Assembly (NCBI GenBank): GCA_963740355.1
Contig: CAVUDW010000003.1
Location: 736,001-800,000 of the forward strand
Reading direction: 5' to 3'
DNA length: 64,000 nt
Origin: an uncultured Gemmatimonadaceae bacterium
Lineage (GTDB): Bacteria > Gemmatimonadota > Gemmatimonadetes > Gemmatimonadales > Gemmatimonadaceae
The stretch's first letter is position 1; every line of letters starts with the position of its first letter. Positions 17,920 to 27,984 of this stretch are shown here, one piece after another. The notes beneath the pieces are model-generated. The model ran no database searches, was not told where the DNA came from, and saw only the letters and a list, made by a program, of their open reading frames with translations. A program made the translations under genes and the position numbers.

Positions 17920-20900
17920 GTGAGTGCTGTTCATGTTCGTTTCGCCGCCGCCACGCTGCTGTGGGCGGTCGGTGCCGCTTCCGTTGCGACCGCTCAGGAT
18001 CGTACGAAGCCGAAGCCCGCTGCCGCTGCCGCTGCCGCCGCCGCCGCCGCCGCCGCCGCCGCACCCAAGCCTGACAGCACGCCGCCCGCGCCAGGCGGTC
18101 CCTTCGATCGGCTGCACTTTCGGTCGATCGGGCCCGCATCGATGTCAGGGCGTATCGACGATATCGCGGTCTCGGAGCGCGACCCGAGAATCTTCTACAT
18201 CGCCACGGCGACCGGTGGTCTCTGGAAGACGACCAACAATGGCGTCTCCCTCACGCCCGTCTTCGATTCGGCCGGCAGCGCGTCGATCGGCGCGGTGACG
18301 ATCCCTGCCGATGACCCGAATCTCGTCTGGGTTGGTACAGGCGAGAACAACAATCGGCAGAGTTCGAGTTGGGGCGATGGTGTGTACAAGTCGACCGACG
18401 GCGGCAAGAGCTGGAAGAACATGGGGTTGCGGGAGTCGAAGCAGGTCGCGCGCATCGTGATCGATCCTGTCGATAACGACGTGGTATACGTCGCGGCGCT
18501 CGGTGACCTGTGGAAGGCCGGTGGCGATCGTGGCATCTACAAGAGCACCGATGGTGGCCTGACCTGGACGAAGGTGCTCGACGCTGGGCCGGATGCCGGT
18601 GGCACCGCGCTCGTGATGGACCCGACCAACAACAAGACACTCTACGCGGCCACCTATCAGCGTCGCCGCTCGAGCTGGGGCATGAACGGCGGTGGCACCG
18701 GCAGTGGCATCTGGAAGTCGACGGACGCCGGCCGCAGCTGGACGCGACTGACCAAGGGTCTGCCGGAAGGCGCGCTCGGTCGCATCGGCCTCGACATCTT
18801 CCGCCGCAACACGAGCATCATCTACGCACGCGTCGAACACCCGAAGCAGGGCGGCGTGTACCGCAGTGACGACGCCGGGCAGTCATGGACCAAGATGGGG
18901 AGCACCAACTCACGCCCGATGTACTTCGGCATCATCCGCGTCGATCCCGAGAATGACCTGCGCGTGTACTCGCCCGCGACGCCACTGCAGGTGAGCGATG
19001 ATGGTGGCAAGACCTTCCGCTCCGACGGTGCCCGCACGATCCACGTGGATTTTCACGCGATGTGGATCAACCCGAAGGACGGCAATCACATGATGATCGG
19101 TGGCGACGGCGGTGTCGCCACCACGTATGACAAGGGCCGCACCTGGATGTGGTTGTCACATCTGCCGGTGGGCCAGTTCTACCACGTTGGCTACGACATG
19201 ATGCAGCCGTACAACGTCTGCGGTGGCCTGCAGGACAACGATGCCTGGTGCGGACCGAGTGCGACGCGCTCACAATACGGCATCGGCAACGACAGCTGGC
19301 AGACCGTGCAGGGCGGCGACGGATTCGTGAGCCTGATCGACCCGACGAACCATCGTATCGTATTCTCGGAGTCGCAGGACGGGTATGTGAACCGCATCGA
19401 CCGCGTGACCTTGGAGGCGAAGAGCATTCGTCCCGAGGCTCCGTCGACCGAGAAGCCGTATCGGTGGAACTGGGACACCCCGATGATGATGTCGCACACC
19501 GAGCCTGGCACGATCTACGTCGGCGCGAACAAGCTGTTCAAGTCGACCGATCGCGGACACTCATGGACTGCCGTCAGTGGTGACCTCACGATGGCGCTCG
19601 ATCGCGACACGGTCGAGTTGATGGGCGTGAAGGGCAAGGCGATCACCATCGCGAAGAATGATGGTGTCGAGACCTACTCGGCCCTCTTCACCATTGCGGA
19701 GTCGTGGAAGAAGCCGGGGCTGATCTGGACCGGGTCCGATGATGGGCTGGTGCACGTGACGAAGGACGGCGGCGCGACGTGGAGCAACGTGACGCCGAAG
19801 ATTCCCGGGTGCTCCACGCTTCGCCTATGTGTCGAAGGTGGAGCCGTCACGCGTGGACGAGGGCACGGCCTATATCGCGTTCGATGCGCATCGCACTGGC
19901 GACTACGGCACCTACCTGTACGTCACCACCGATTACGGCGCGACCTTTCGCTCGATCGCCGGCGCGCTGCCGAAGGGCGAGGTGGTTCGCACCGTGAGCG
20001 AAGACCAGAAGAATCCCGATGTGATCTACATCGGCACCGAGACAGGGCTCTGGGTGAGCCAGGATCGTGGCCGCGGCTGGACACGGATTCGCGCCAACCT
20101 GCCGACGGTGCCCGTGTACGAGATCACGCAGCACAGCCGCGACAACGCCATGATCCTCGCGACACATGGCCGTGCGCTCTGGATCCTCGACGACATGTCA
20201 CCGATCCAGACCTGGAATGCCGCGAACACCGGCGCGACGGCGACCCAGGGCGGCTGGGTGTTCGGCAACCCGGGCGCCACGCTGCGCGTGCCTGTGTCGG
20301 AGCAGGAGCGGGGCTTCCAGGGCGACATGTTGTTCCTCGGCGAAAATCCTGCGATGGCGGCGACGATCGCGTACCTGACGAAAGTGAAGCCTGACAGCGT
20401 GCGTATCGAGATCACCGATGCATCCGGTGCCGTGATCCGTCAGGTGAAGGGCGATACGGTGAAGGCCAATCGTCCACAGCTCGGCCTCAACCTGATGCGT
20501 TGGGACCTGCGCATCGAGCCGCTGCCGGAACCGAAGCGCACCGGCGGCCCCGGTGGTGGTGGCGGCATGGACAGTCCGTTCGGCGGCAGTGGCCGCGATG
20601 GTCCGCTGGTGCTGCCCGGCACCTACGTCGCGAGTGTCTTCGTGAACGGCAAGAAGATCGGCTCGACCGATGTTGCCGTGCGCTCGGATCCGGAATCGCA
20701 GATCTCGGCCACCGACCGCAAGGCGAACTTCGACCTGCTGAAGGAACTGCAGGGTCTCAACGGCCGACTCACCGACGCAGTGACTTCGGCGCGACAGGTG
20801 AACACGCAGCTCGGTGCGATCAAGCGCGAGCTGGCAGATTCCACCAAGACGCCAGCGGCGTTCCGCGCCACGCTCGACAGCATCACGAAGGAGATGGCGC

Positions 20901-21184
20901 CACTGAAGAAGAAGTTCCTGATTCTCGATGAAGGTGAGGAACTCGAGTTCACGTCGGAGATGGTGCGCGAAGTGCTGACCTTCAAGGCGAGCGGGTTGTC
21001 TGGTGACCTGGGCGGCTTCCTGGCCGGTCCCAGCGCGCAGAACCTTCGCACGATGGACGAGGTCCGACGCGATGTTCCGAAGGCCATCGACGAGACGAAC
21101 GTGCTGGTGGCGCGCTTCACTGCGTTCGTGAAGCAGCTGAGCGAGGCAGGGATCTATCCGGTCATGCCGAAGGTGGTGAAGTAG
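17920..21184 (+). pseudogene. VPS10/BNR (Asp-box) repeat glycosyl-hydrolase-like protein with a +1 frameshift
   Basis: Repeated S/TxDGGxTW boxes continue across two frames; removing one G at 19807-19809 gives KIPGAPRFAYVSKVEPS and one ~1087-aa protein; may be a sequencing error. Confidence 0.85.
18019..18063 (+). repeat. Poly-Ala trinucleotide microsatellite
   Basis: 15 Ala codons including (GCC)9 at 18034-18060. Confidence 0.9.
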
Positions 21185-22140
21185 GTCGATTCCAGCCAAT
21201 CGATCACCATCGGCCACAGCTTCTGCGCATTGGCGCGAAAGAAGCCCATGTGGCCGATGGGTCCCACCTTCATCTGCGTAGGATCGAGATCGACTCGCGT
21301 GATCTGGGCTCGTCGAAAGCCGGAGAGTATGGCATCGCGCGAGCGCGGCGGCGACCACGCATCGTCAAGCGCCGCGACTGCAAGGAGCGGCGTTTGTACA
21401 CGCTGGAATTGCGAACGCATCTCCTCGCCGATCTCCGGGTCGTCGAGGAAGAAGCGCGGGTGGCGGCACCACCGCCGCCACTGCTGGTAGACGTCGAGGG
21501 GGAGATCTTCACCCATCCCTAGCACACTCCATGGCAGGAATCCCTTGCCGTGCGAGAGTGCGGGCCCGACGACGTTCCACAAGGCGAGCACCTTCAGCTT
21601 TTCGCGCAACGGCATCCAGCCGTGCCACCCCGCGCCGGTGCCGAACATGACGCAGGCACGGACGCGAGCGTGGTTCGGTGCCAGGCCCAGTGCGTGACCG
21701 CCGAACGAGTGTGCGACCACATAGACCGGCACGCACAGCGCGTCCGCGCGGTTCGCAGCCGCATCGATCACTGCCGCCAGGTCCTGGCGTCCCCAGTCGA
21801 GGAAGTCCATTCGAAATCCCGCCAGTGTCCGTGGTGCGCTGAGCGCGATCCCCCGGTAGTCGAAGGTGATCACCTCGTAGCCGCAGCGACGCGTGTACTG
21901 GGCAAACTTCCGGTAGAATCGCTGGGGCACACCGATCGCGCCCGCGATCACGACGACGCCGCGGGGTTCATTCCCCGCCTGGAATCGAGTGACGGCTAGC
22001 GAATAGCCATCTGCGGTCGTCAGCCTCGAGAGACCAGCGACTGGATACGTCGGCTGAGGCGGCAGTGGATTGCACAGAGGTGCCTGCGAACTGCGAGTTG
22101 ACCGATCGGCTACCGATCGGTCTGTTGCTGCAGATGACAT
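21154..22140 (-). CDS. Alpha/beta hydrolase (COG4757-like)
   Basis: GAIGVPQRFY, FDYRGI, AHSFGG, DD.W.P, IGHMGFFR; 31-bp convergent overlap; start uncertain. Confidence 0.88.
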   Translation of the reverse strand: MSSAATDRSVADRSTRSSQAPLCNPLPPQPTYPVAGLSRLTTADGYSLAVTRFQAGNEPRGVVVIAGAIGVPQRFYRKFAQYTRRCGYEVITFDYRGIALSAPRTLAGFRMDFLDWGRQDLAAVIDAAANRADALCVPVYVVAHSFGGHALGLAPNHARVRACVMFGTGAGWHGWMPLREKLKVLALWNVVGPALSHGKGFLPWSVLGMGEDLPLDVYQQWRRWCRHPRFFLDDPEIGEEMRSQFQRVQTPLLAVAALDDAWSPPRSRDAILSGFRRAQITRVDLDPTQMKVGPIGHMGFFRANAQKLWPMVIDWLESTYFTTFGMTG

Positions 22141-22433
22141 GGTTTCGTGGCGAAAGGAGCGCGCTCAACTGTTCATCAGGAGCATGCGCACAGTGCGCGA
22201 GTACGCAGCGCAGGTGAGCGAGGTCGCATGTCCAGGCGCCGAAACCGTCGGCGCTCAATTGTCAGTGCGCAGCTTTGCGTGCCGACCCGACATGTGCGCG
22301 TGAGTTCCTTGCAACGTCGCTCGTGCCTGTCGGCCAACGAGACCCGCGACGTGACTGGCGCCGGAGTCGCATCTGACGATAAACTCCGGGCAGGCCTGTC
22401 TTACGCCATTTAGACTCTTTTCCTTGTCTGTCC

Positions 22434-22658
22434 ATGCCGACACCCGGCGAGCTGAAGGGAACGCAGACCCTGGTCAAGTGGCTCAGCCTTGTCGCCCTGC
22501 TGGGGGCCGGTTCAACGCTCCTGCTGGACAGCGTGGATGCGCCGACTTTCAGGACCGTGCTCCGCGACGCGGCACTGGTGCTGATGGCTGGCGCTTTTTG
22601 CGCGCAACACTGGCGAAAGCGATCCGGTCCCGACGGTGCGACGGGCGGGATCAGCTAG
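22434..22658 (+). CDS. Small hypothetical membrane protein
   Basis: Two hydrophobic helices, 74 aa. Confidence 0.45.
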   Translation: MPTPGELKGTQTLVKWLSLVALLGAGSTLLLDSVDAPTFRTVLRDAALVLMAGAFCAQHWRKRSGPDGATGGIS

Positions 22659-22740
22659 GCAGGTGTGGGGCCGGCAACATCGACTCGGGCGCGGGATCGA
22701 GGCGCATGAAATTCAGCATCTGGCCATCTGCTGACCGCAC

Positions 22741-23484
22741 CTAGGAAAACAACGCGAAGATGGCCGCGTTCATGCCGAGGTTGAAGGCGGAGTGCGCCAC
22801 GATCGCCAGCCAGATCGTCCCGCCTGCGCTGCGAAGCGATGAGAACAGGATCGAGGTGAGGAACATCATCACGAACCACATCGTGCCGGACACGACTCGG
22901 AATCCAACACTGCCGTCGGTGAGCGTCACACCATGATGGAGCAGGTGTATGGACGCGAAGACTGTCGCACTTGCGAGTGTGCCCGCCAGCGCACGCGACG
23001 CCCGGTTCTTGCCAGACGCATTGACTCGTCCGAAAATCACGCCACGGCAGAAGACCTCTTCACCAAATGGGCTGAAGATCAGCGCCGGACCCGTGAAGAT
23101 CAGGAATAGCCCTAGCGGCCCCACCGCCGGTACTGCGCCGCTGAGATAGCTGTCATGCACGCTGATGAACGGATTTTCCGCCGACGCGCCGAATCGGAGC
23201 CATGCGATTGCAAAACAGAGCAGCGCCGCACTGCCGCCGGCGATCGCGGCGATCGGTCACCACTCGAGTGACCGAGCGCGACCGAATCCGATCGCACGTC
23301 GCTCATCCGCGCTGAGCAACAGCCATGGCGTCGGCCAGAGCAGGAGAAAGCTGGCAAGGATCAGGGGGCGCCATGCAGCCGGGCCGAAGAGCCCACAGAT
23401 GCGCATGGCAATGTGAATGGCGAGCACCAGCAACAGGCCCAGCGTCGCTCCAACGGGCCAGCGGGACCTCTCTACGGACTGCAT
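22741..23484 (-). pseudogene. CPBP (Abi/CAAX) intramembrane metalloprotease interrupted by in-frame TGA
   Basis: EEVFCRG, FASIH and AHSAFN motifs; N-terminal 75 aa in same frame, separated only by TGA at 23257-23259 (SLEW*PIAAIAGG). Confidence 0.8.
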
Positions 23485-23605
23485 GGTGAGCCGGCGTGGA
23501 TATCGGGTCGGCCTGCGGAAGGGCGGTTGCCACTGGCAATCACCGATACGCAACCCGGCCGATCTTGTGTCAGAGGTGCGGCGACCTCCGCTGCCAGTCG
23601 ATTCG

Positions 23606-24415
23606 TCAGCCGTCGCGCGCCGCCTTCCCGACCAGAAACGCAAACCAGGCGTAGCTGTCGGCGTTGCGTAGCGCGTCGTCGCTCGTGGCCGGCAATTGCT
23701 GACCGGGCTGCGGCTGCAGGTCCGCTGCTGCCGCCGGCTTCTTTCCTGCCGGTGTGGGCTCGAAAATGCAGACGTCCGCCGTTCCGGCATACTTGTGGCT
23801 CGACTCATGGATCAGTGTCGCCACGATGTCCTTGTCGAACAGGTAGCGCGACTCGAGCCTGATGGCGCGGTTGACGACAAGTTGCTTGTACGCCTCACCG
23901 CCTTGCCACACCACGCAGTTGTAATACGCGCGCTTGAAGTCCACACCGAGCGGATCAGTCTTGAACAAGTCTGACTCGTCCTGCCTGGCCGTATTCCAGT
24001 CCTCCGCAACTCCCAGGAACTCCCGGTCGCTGTGCGACGTCACGGCACCTCGCACGTCGAGACCACCCTTCTTGACGTCGTGCCCGATCTTCAGGCACAC
24101 GTCACTGTTCAGGCCAGTCATCATCTTCGCCAGAGTCGCGCGAATCTTGTCCAGTGCCGCCGCAAGCTTCACGTTCCCGCGATCCTGCACATCCAGCAGG
24201 AAAAAGGCCTTCAGCACTGCGGCCGTCTCCGGGTCGCAGGGCTGCGCCGGCAACATCTGAATCTTGCCCAGGGAAGCGCTCAGGCACTCCGTCGCCATGC
24301 GCACGATATCCTTCGCACGATCGGCGTACTGGGGACCTGAATCTGCCTCCGCCGGCCGCGTCTTGACGGTCAGCTGCTTCGATTCGACTACCGTGACACC
24401 GAAACGAGTCGCCAT
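23606..24415 (-). CDS. M35/aspzincin-like (lysine-specific metallo-endopeptidase-like) protease, no signal peptide
   Basis: TLIHESSH + GTAD + ALRNADSYAWF. Confidence 0.8.
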   Translation of the reverse strand: MATRFGVTVVESKQLTVKTRPAEADSGPQYADRAKDIVRMATECLSASLGKIQMLPAQPCDPETAAVLKAFFLLDVQDRGNVKLAAALDKIRATLAKMMTGLNSDVCLKIGHDVKKGGLDVRGAVTSHSDREFLGVAEDWNTARQDESDLFKTDPLGVDFKRAYYNCVVWQGGEAYKQLVVNRAIRLESRYLFDKDIVATLIHESSHKYAGTADVCIFEPTPAGKKPAAAADLQPQPGQQLPATSDDALRNADSYAWFAFLVGKAARDG

Positions 24416-24535
24416 CGCGGATCGCTCCCGAGGAAAGGTTTACCGGGGCCTGCACATACCGTCGTCAGTCCGTCGTCGAGGAGGATCACAACACAGCATC
24501 GTGCACGGCGCGCCAGGCTGCGCGCGCCCGTGCGC

Positions 24536-24988
24536 TTACTTCGCCGGCATCGTCGCGTTGCACTCGATCTCGATCTTTGCCCACGGGGCCACCAGCGCCT
24601 TCACCACCACCGTCGTGCGTGCCGGCGGTGCCTTCGGCCAGAAGGTCTTGTAGACGTCGTTCATGCCCTGGAAATCACTCGCTTCGACGAGGAACACCGT
24701 GCACTTCACGACGTTGTCCATCGTGGTGCCGGCCATTTCCATCACGCGCTTCACGTTGTCCAGCGTACTCCGCGTCTGCCCCTGGATGCTGCTGTCGGCG
24801 TCCGCACCCCGCGTCGCCAATTGACCAGCGCCGTACACCATGTTCCCAACGCGGATGGCCGGCGTGAGCGTCGGTGACGACTGACCAATCGCCTCGCGGG
24901 CCTGCGCAAAGGCCGGAACGGCGCCGAGGGTCAGGAACGCGAGAACGGCGACGGTTCGAACGGTGGTGGAGAGCGCGGTGCAACGCAT
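24536..24988 (-). CDS. RidA/YjgF family protein with signal peptide
   Basis: GNMVYGAGQ, NVVKCTVFL, MNDVY, PPARTTV, KIEIEC. Confidence 0.9.
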   Translation of the reverse strand: MRCTALSTTVRTVAVLAFLTLGAVPAFAQAREAIGQSSPTLTPAIRVGNMVYGAGQLATRGADADSSIQGQTRSTLDNVKRVMEMAGTTMDNVVKCTVFLVEASDFQGMNDVYKTFWPKAPPARTTVVVKALVAPWAKIEIECNATMPAK

Positions 24989-25001
24989 GGAGCCTCGAGA
25001 G

Positions 25002-25448
25002 TCAGGGGTTGGTTGCAGCAGGTGCCGGAAAGGTCAAACGAATCGAGGCCAATGCGCTGCTGTCGGACGACACACGACGCGTCCCGACCGGCAAGCCATT
25101 CGCTTTCATCAGGTAGGCGACGATCGACGCGTAGGTGCCCTGCGTCAAGGTACCCGGTTTGTTCTGCGGCATCGTCGCCCGGATGCGCTCGAACAGTTCG
25201 TACGCCGTCTTGCCACGCCACGCCAGCCGAAAATCAGAATTCATCAGGTTGCCGGTGGCATGGCACTGCAGGCAGACGGACCGGAACCACTGTTCGCCGA
25301 CGTCCAGCTGTCGCGCAGCGGCGGCAGCAACCGAGTCGTCCGCCGTCGCTCCCTGGGCGAGCAGCCGCGCCGGGGGTATCATCGCAGCGCAGACGGCGAT
25401 GCCGGCGGCCGCGATGCAGCGGCGGAGCGAGGGGGAAATGCCTGACAT
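25002..25448 (-). CDS. Monoheme cytochrome c
   Basis: Signal peptide; CLQCH heme motif; TMPQ axial Met. Confidence 0.88.
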   Translation of the reverse strand: MSGISPSLRRCIAAAGIAVCAAMIPPARLLAQGATADDSVAAAAARQLDVGEQWFRSVCLQCHATGNLMNSDFRLAWRGKTAYELFERIRATMPQNKPGTLTQGTYASIVAYLMKANGLPVGTRRVSSDSSALASIRLTFPAPAATNP

Positions 25449-25635
25449 GGCGCGGAAGCTGGAGTGGGCAGCTACGTCGGGCAAGGCCTTCGCATCGAGC
25501 GCCACGAGCGCATCGAGCCGAGTCACTCGGCAACCTGCTCGGGCCGCCGATTGCCAAGCCCGGCAGCGCAGGCGAGCTTGCCGCTCGATGGTCGTTCCGC
25601 CAGAACGCACTTCCTGCCCTCAAGCCCCTGCCGCG

Positions 25636-27066
25636 ATGTCTGACGCCTCTTCGCCGCTCGACGCAAACGTCCCCCGTCGGGACTTTCTCCGAATCGCGGG
25701 AGTTGGCGCCGGGGCCCTGCTGGCTGGTGGCGTGCCGACATCGGCGGCAGCCGAAGCGGTCGCGGATCTCGCGTCACCTCGCTCGATCGTCGGCGCGACG
25801 GCATCGAGCCATGTGATCGTCGTCGGTGCGGGGGCCTGGGGCGCCTTCACGGCGCTCAACCTGCGCAAGGCGGGGCACAAGGTCACCCTGATCGACCAAT
25901 ACGGTGCGGCGAACTCACGCGCCACCAGCGGTGACGAAACACGCGGGATTCGATCGTCCTATGGCGACCGCACACTGACGCCGGAATTGTGGACGTCGTG
26001 GGCCCGCCTCAGCATCCAGAAGTGGCGCGAGTTCGACGCCGAGCATGCGAAGCGCTTCGCGACGCGCTTCTACTACACCACGGGTGATGTGATCCTGCGC
26101 GAGAAGGCGGAGAGCTTTACGACCCGCACCCAGGAATTGTGGACGGCGCAGGGTGTGAAGTTCGAGGTGCTGACTGCCGACGATGCGACGCGTCGTTGGC
26201 CGCAGATCGCGTCGGCCGGCCATGAGGTCGTGTTGTACGAGCCCGACGCCGGCGTGGCGCGGGCTCGGGATTCGGTGCAGGCCGCAGTCGCGATCGGTCG
26301 CGATGCCGGCGTGACGTTTCGGATTGGCCGCGTCACTCCCGGGGCGATTCGCAATGGCCGCATGGACGGTGTGACCCTCGACGACGGCACGAAGCTGTCA
26401 GCAGACTCCTATGTCTTCTGTTGCGGGCCGTGGATGGAGAAGGTGTTTCCCGAGGCGATGAAGAATCGCGTGCGTGTGCCGATCGGCCATGTCTGCTACT
26501 TCGGTGCGCCAGTGGGTGACCAGCGCTTCAGCGCGCCGAACATTCCAAGCTGGAACGTGCCAGGTGTGACGGGGTGGGCCTCGCTGCCGGCCGACAACTT
26601 CGGCTTCAGGGTGCGCGGTGGCATCGCACCACCGCCGCCGCCGAAGTCCGCCACTGATGACGACACCCCGCCTCCGCCCCCGCCGCAGCAGGCACCGGCG
26701 GATCCACGGCAGGAGAATCCGGACACCAGTTCACGCTGGACGAATGAGGAACGGATCGACGGGTCACGGCGCGTGCTGCAGAAGTACTTCCCTGCCCTCT
26801 CCGACGCGCCGATCCTGGCGACGCGCGCCTGTCACTATGAAATCAGCGCCAATCGCAACTTCATCGTCGATCACGTGCCGGGCGCCGACAATGCCTGGAT
26901 CGCCGGACTGGGCCAGGCCGAAGGGTTCAAGTTCTCGATCGTGCTCGGCGACTACATCGCGAAGCGCGTGACCGGAACGCTCGGCGATCCCACCATCGCG
27001 GAGGCGTTCAAGTATCCGGCGAAGGAGTACGAGCCCACGCCACCGGGGACGCCGCGGCGGGACTGA
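25636..27066 (+). CDS. Tat-exported FAD-dependent oxidoreductase (sarcosine / D-amino acid oxidase family)
   Basis: PRRDFL Tat motif; VVGAGAWG; SRATSGDETRGIR; GFKF. Confidence 0.88.
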   Translation: MSDASSPLDANVPRRDFLRIAGVGAGALLAGGVPTSAAAEAVADLASPRSIVGATASSHVIVVGAGAWGAFTALNLRKAGHKVTLIDQYGAANSRATSGDETRGIRSSYGDRTLTPELWTSWARLSIQKWREFDAEHAKRFATRFYYTTGDVILREKAESFTTRTQELWTAQGVKFEVLTADDATRRWPQIASAGHEVVLYEPDAGVARARDSVQAAVAIGRDAGVTFRIGRVTPGAIRNGRMDGVTLDDGTKLSADSYVFCCGPWMEKVFPEAMKNRVRVPIGHVCYFGAPVGDQRFSAPNIPSWNVPGVTGWASLPADNFGFRVRGGIAPPPPPKSATDDDTPPPPPPQQAPADPRQENPDTSSRWTNEERIDGSRRVLQKYFPALSDAPILATRACHYEISANRNFIVDHVPGADNAWIAGLGQAEGFKFSIVLGDYIAKRVTGTLGDPTIAEAFKYPAKEYEPTPPGTPRRD

Positions 27067-27143
27067 TCACCGGCGCCTGCATGGCCAGCGCAAGAACATC
27101 GCAAGATCTAGATGACTGCGCATCGTAGATCGGTGCATCGAGG

Positions 27144-27815
27144 TCAGCCGAAGTGTATGCACCAGAATTCATCGTGATTCTGGAAGCCAAGTTGCTGGAA
27201 GTACATATACAGGAACTTGCCCAGGTTCACCGCATTCTCGAACACGACTTGTCCATAGTTCGGGTCGAAGAACTTGTACTTCGAACCTGCACCCTTCTGG
27301 ATGGCTACGATCGCCATCGCGTGCGCGCCGCTGCTCACGTAGACGAAGTCGGGGTTGGCCAGCGTCAGCTTGTTGAGTAGCGAGATCCGGGTGTGTGACT
27401 CGAAGGCGCCCTCCTTCATCGTCCCGGCCGAGAGCGTCGCAACAGTCTTCGCGATGGCATCCATCTTCGCGCGTTGATCGCCGCCGGCGAAGGCGCCGAA
27501 CGTTTGCGCGGAAGAGATGACGGAGGCAAAATCTCGCTTGCCGGCGAGCTTTGCGAAGAAGTGCTCGTCAACGTCGTCCATCTTGCGATCCGTCGCCACC
27601 GCTTCGCGAACATCCGCTCGTCTGCGTGCAAAATTGTGCACGAGGTATTCGATCGACAGTGCGCGACAGACACCACCGTTCTGTGAATGCGCCACCATGC
27701 CCGCGGTGAGCTTGTTGGTGACCATGAAGTCACCTTGGCTGAAGGCCTTCATGCGCTTTTCCGGGATCGCCGGCTCGGCTCCCTTTGCCAACGCCTTCAT
27801 CAGTGCGAAATCCAT
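27144..27815 (-). CDS. YopT-type (peptidase C58) cysteine protease, no signal peptide
   Basis: GGVCRALS (Cys), GAHAMA (His), FFDPNYG (Asp) triad motifs. Confidence 0.8.
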   Translation of the reverse strand: MDFALMKALAKGAEPAIPEKRMKAFSQGDFMVTNKLTAGMVAHSQNGGVCRALSIEYLVHNFARRRADVREAVATDRKMDDVDEHFFAKLAGKRDFASVISSAQTFGAFAGGDQRAKMDAIAKTVATLSAGTMKEGAFESHTRISLLNKLTLANPDFVYVSSGAHAMAIVAIQKGAGSKYKFFDPNYGQVVFENAVNLGKFLYMYFQQLGFQNHDEFWCIHFG

Positions 27816-27984
27816 CGTGACGTCTCCGATTTAGTCACCATCCGTGGCGCAGAGCCGCAGATCGAGCCACGTGATCTGGACGACTGATTGCGCGCGAGCC
27901 ATACTGCATCGGGGGGCGCGACGAAGATCGGCCTCCACCCGGATACTATGACGCGTACCGCCTTGCCGACACACCGGAGTATCA

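Noticed and set aside
19810..20394. C-terminus of the tracked 824-aa ORF
   Set aside because: Out-of-frame read-through after the frameshift; the true sequence continues in the 19829-21184 frame
23257..23259. Selenocysteine codon
   Set aside because: Non-catalytic membrane-proximal position, Trp context, no convincing SECIS; a nonsense mutation is more parsimonious
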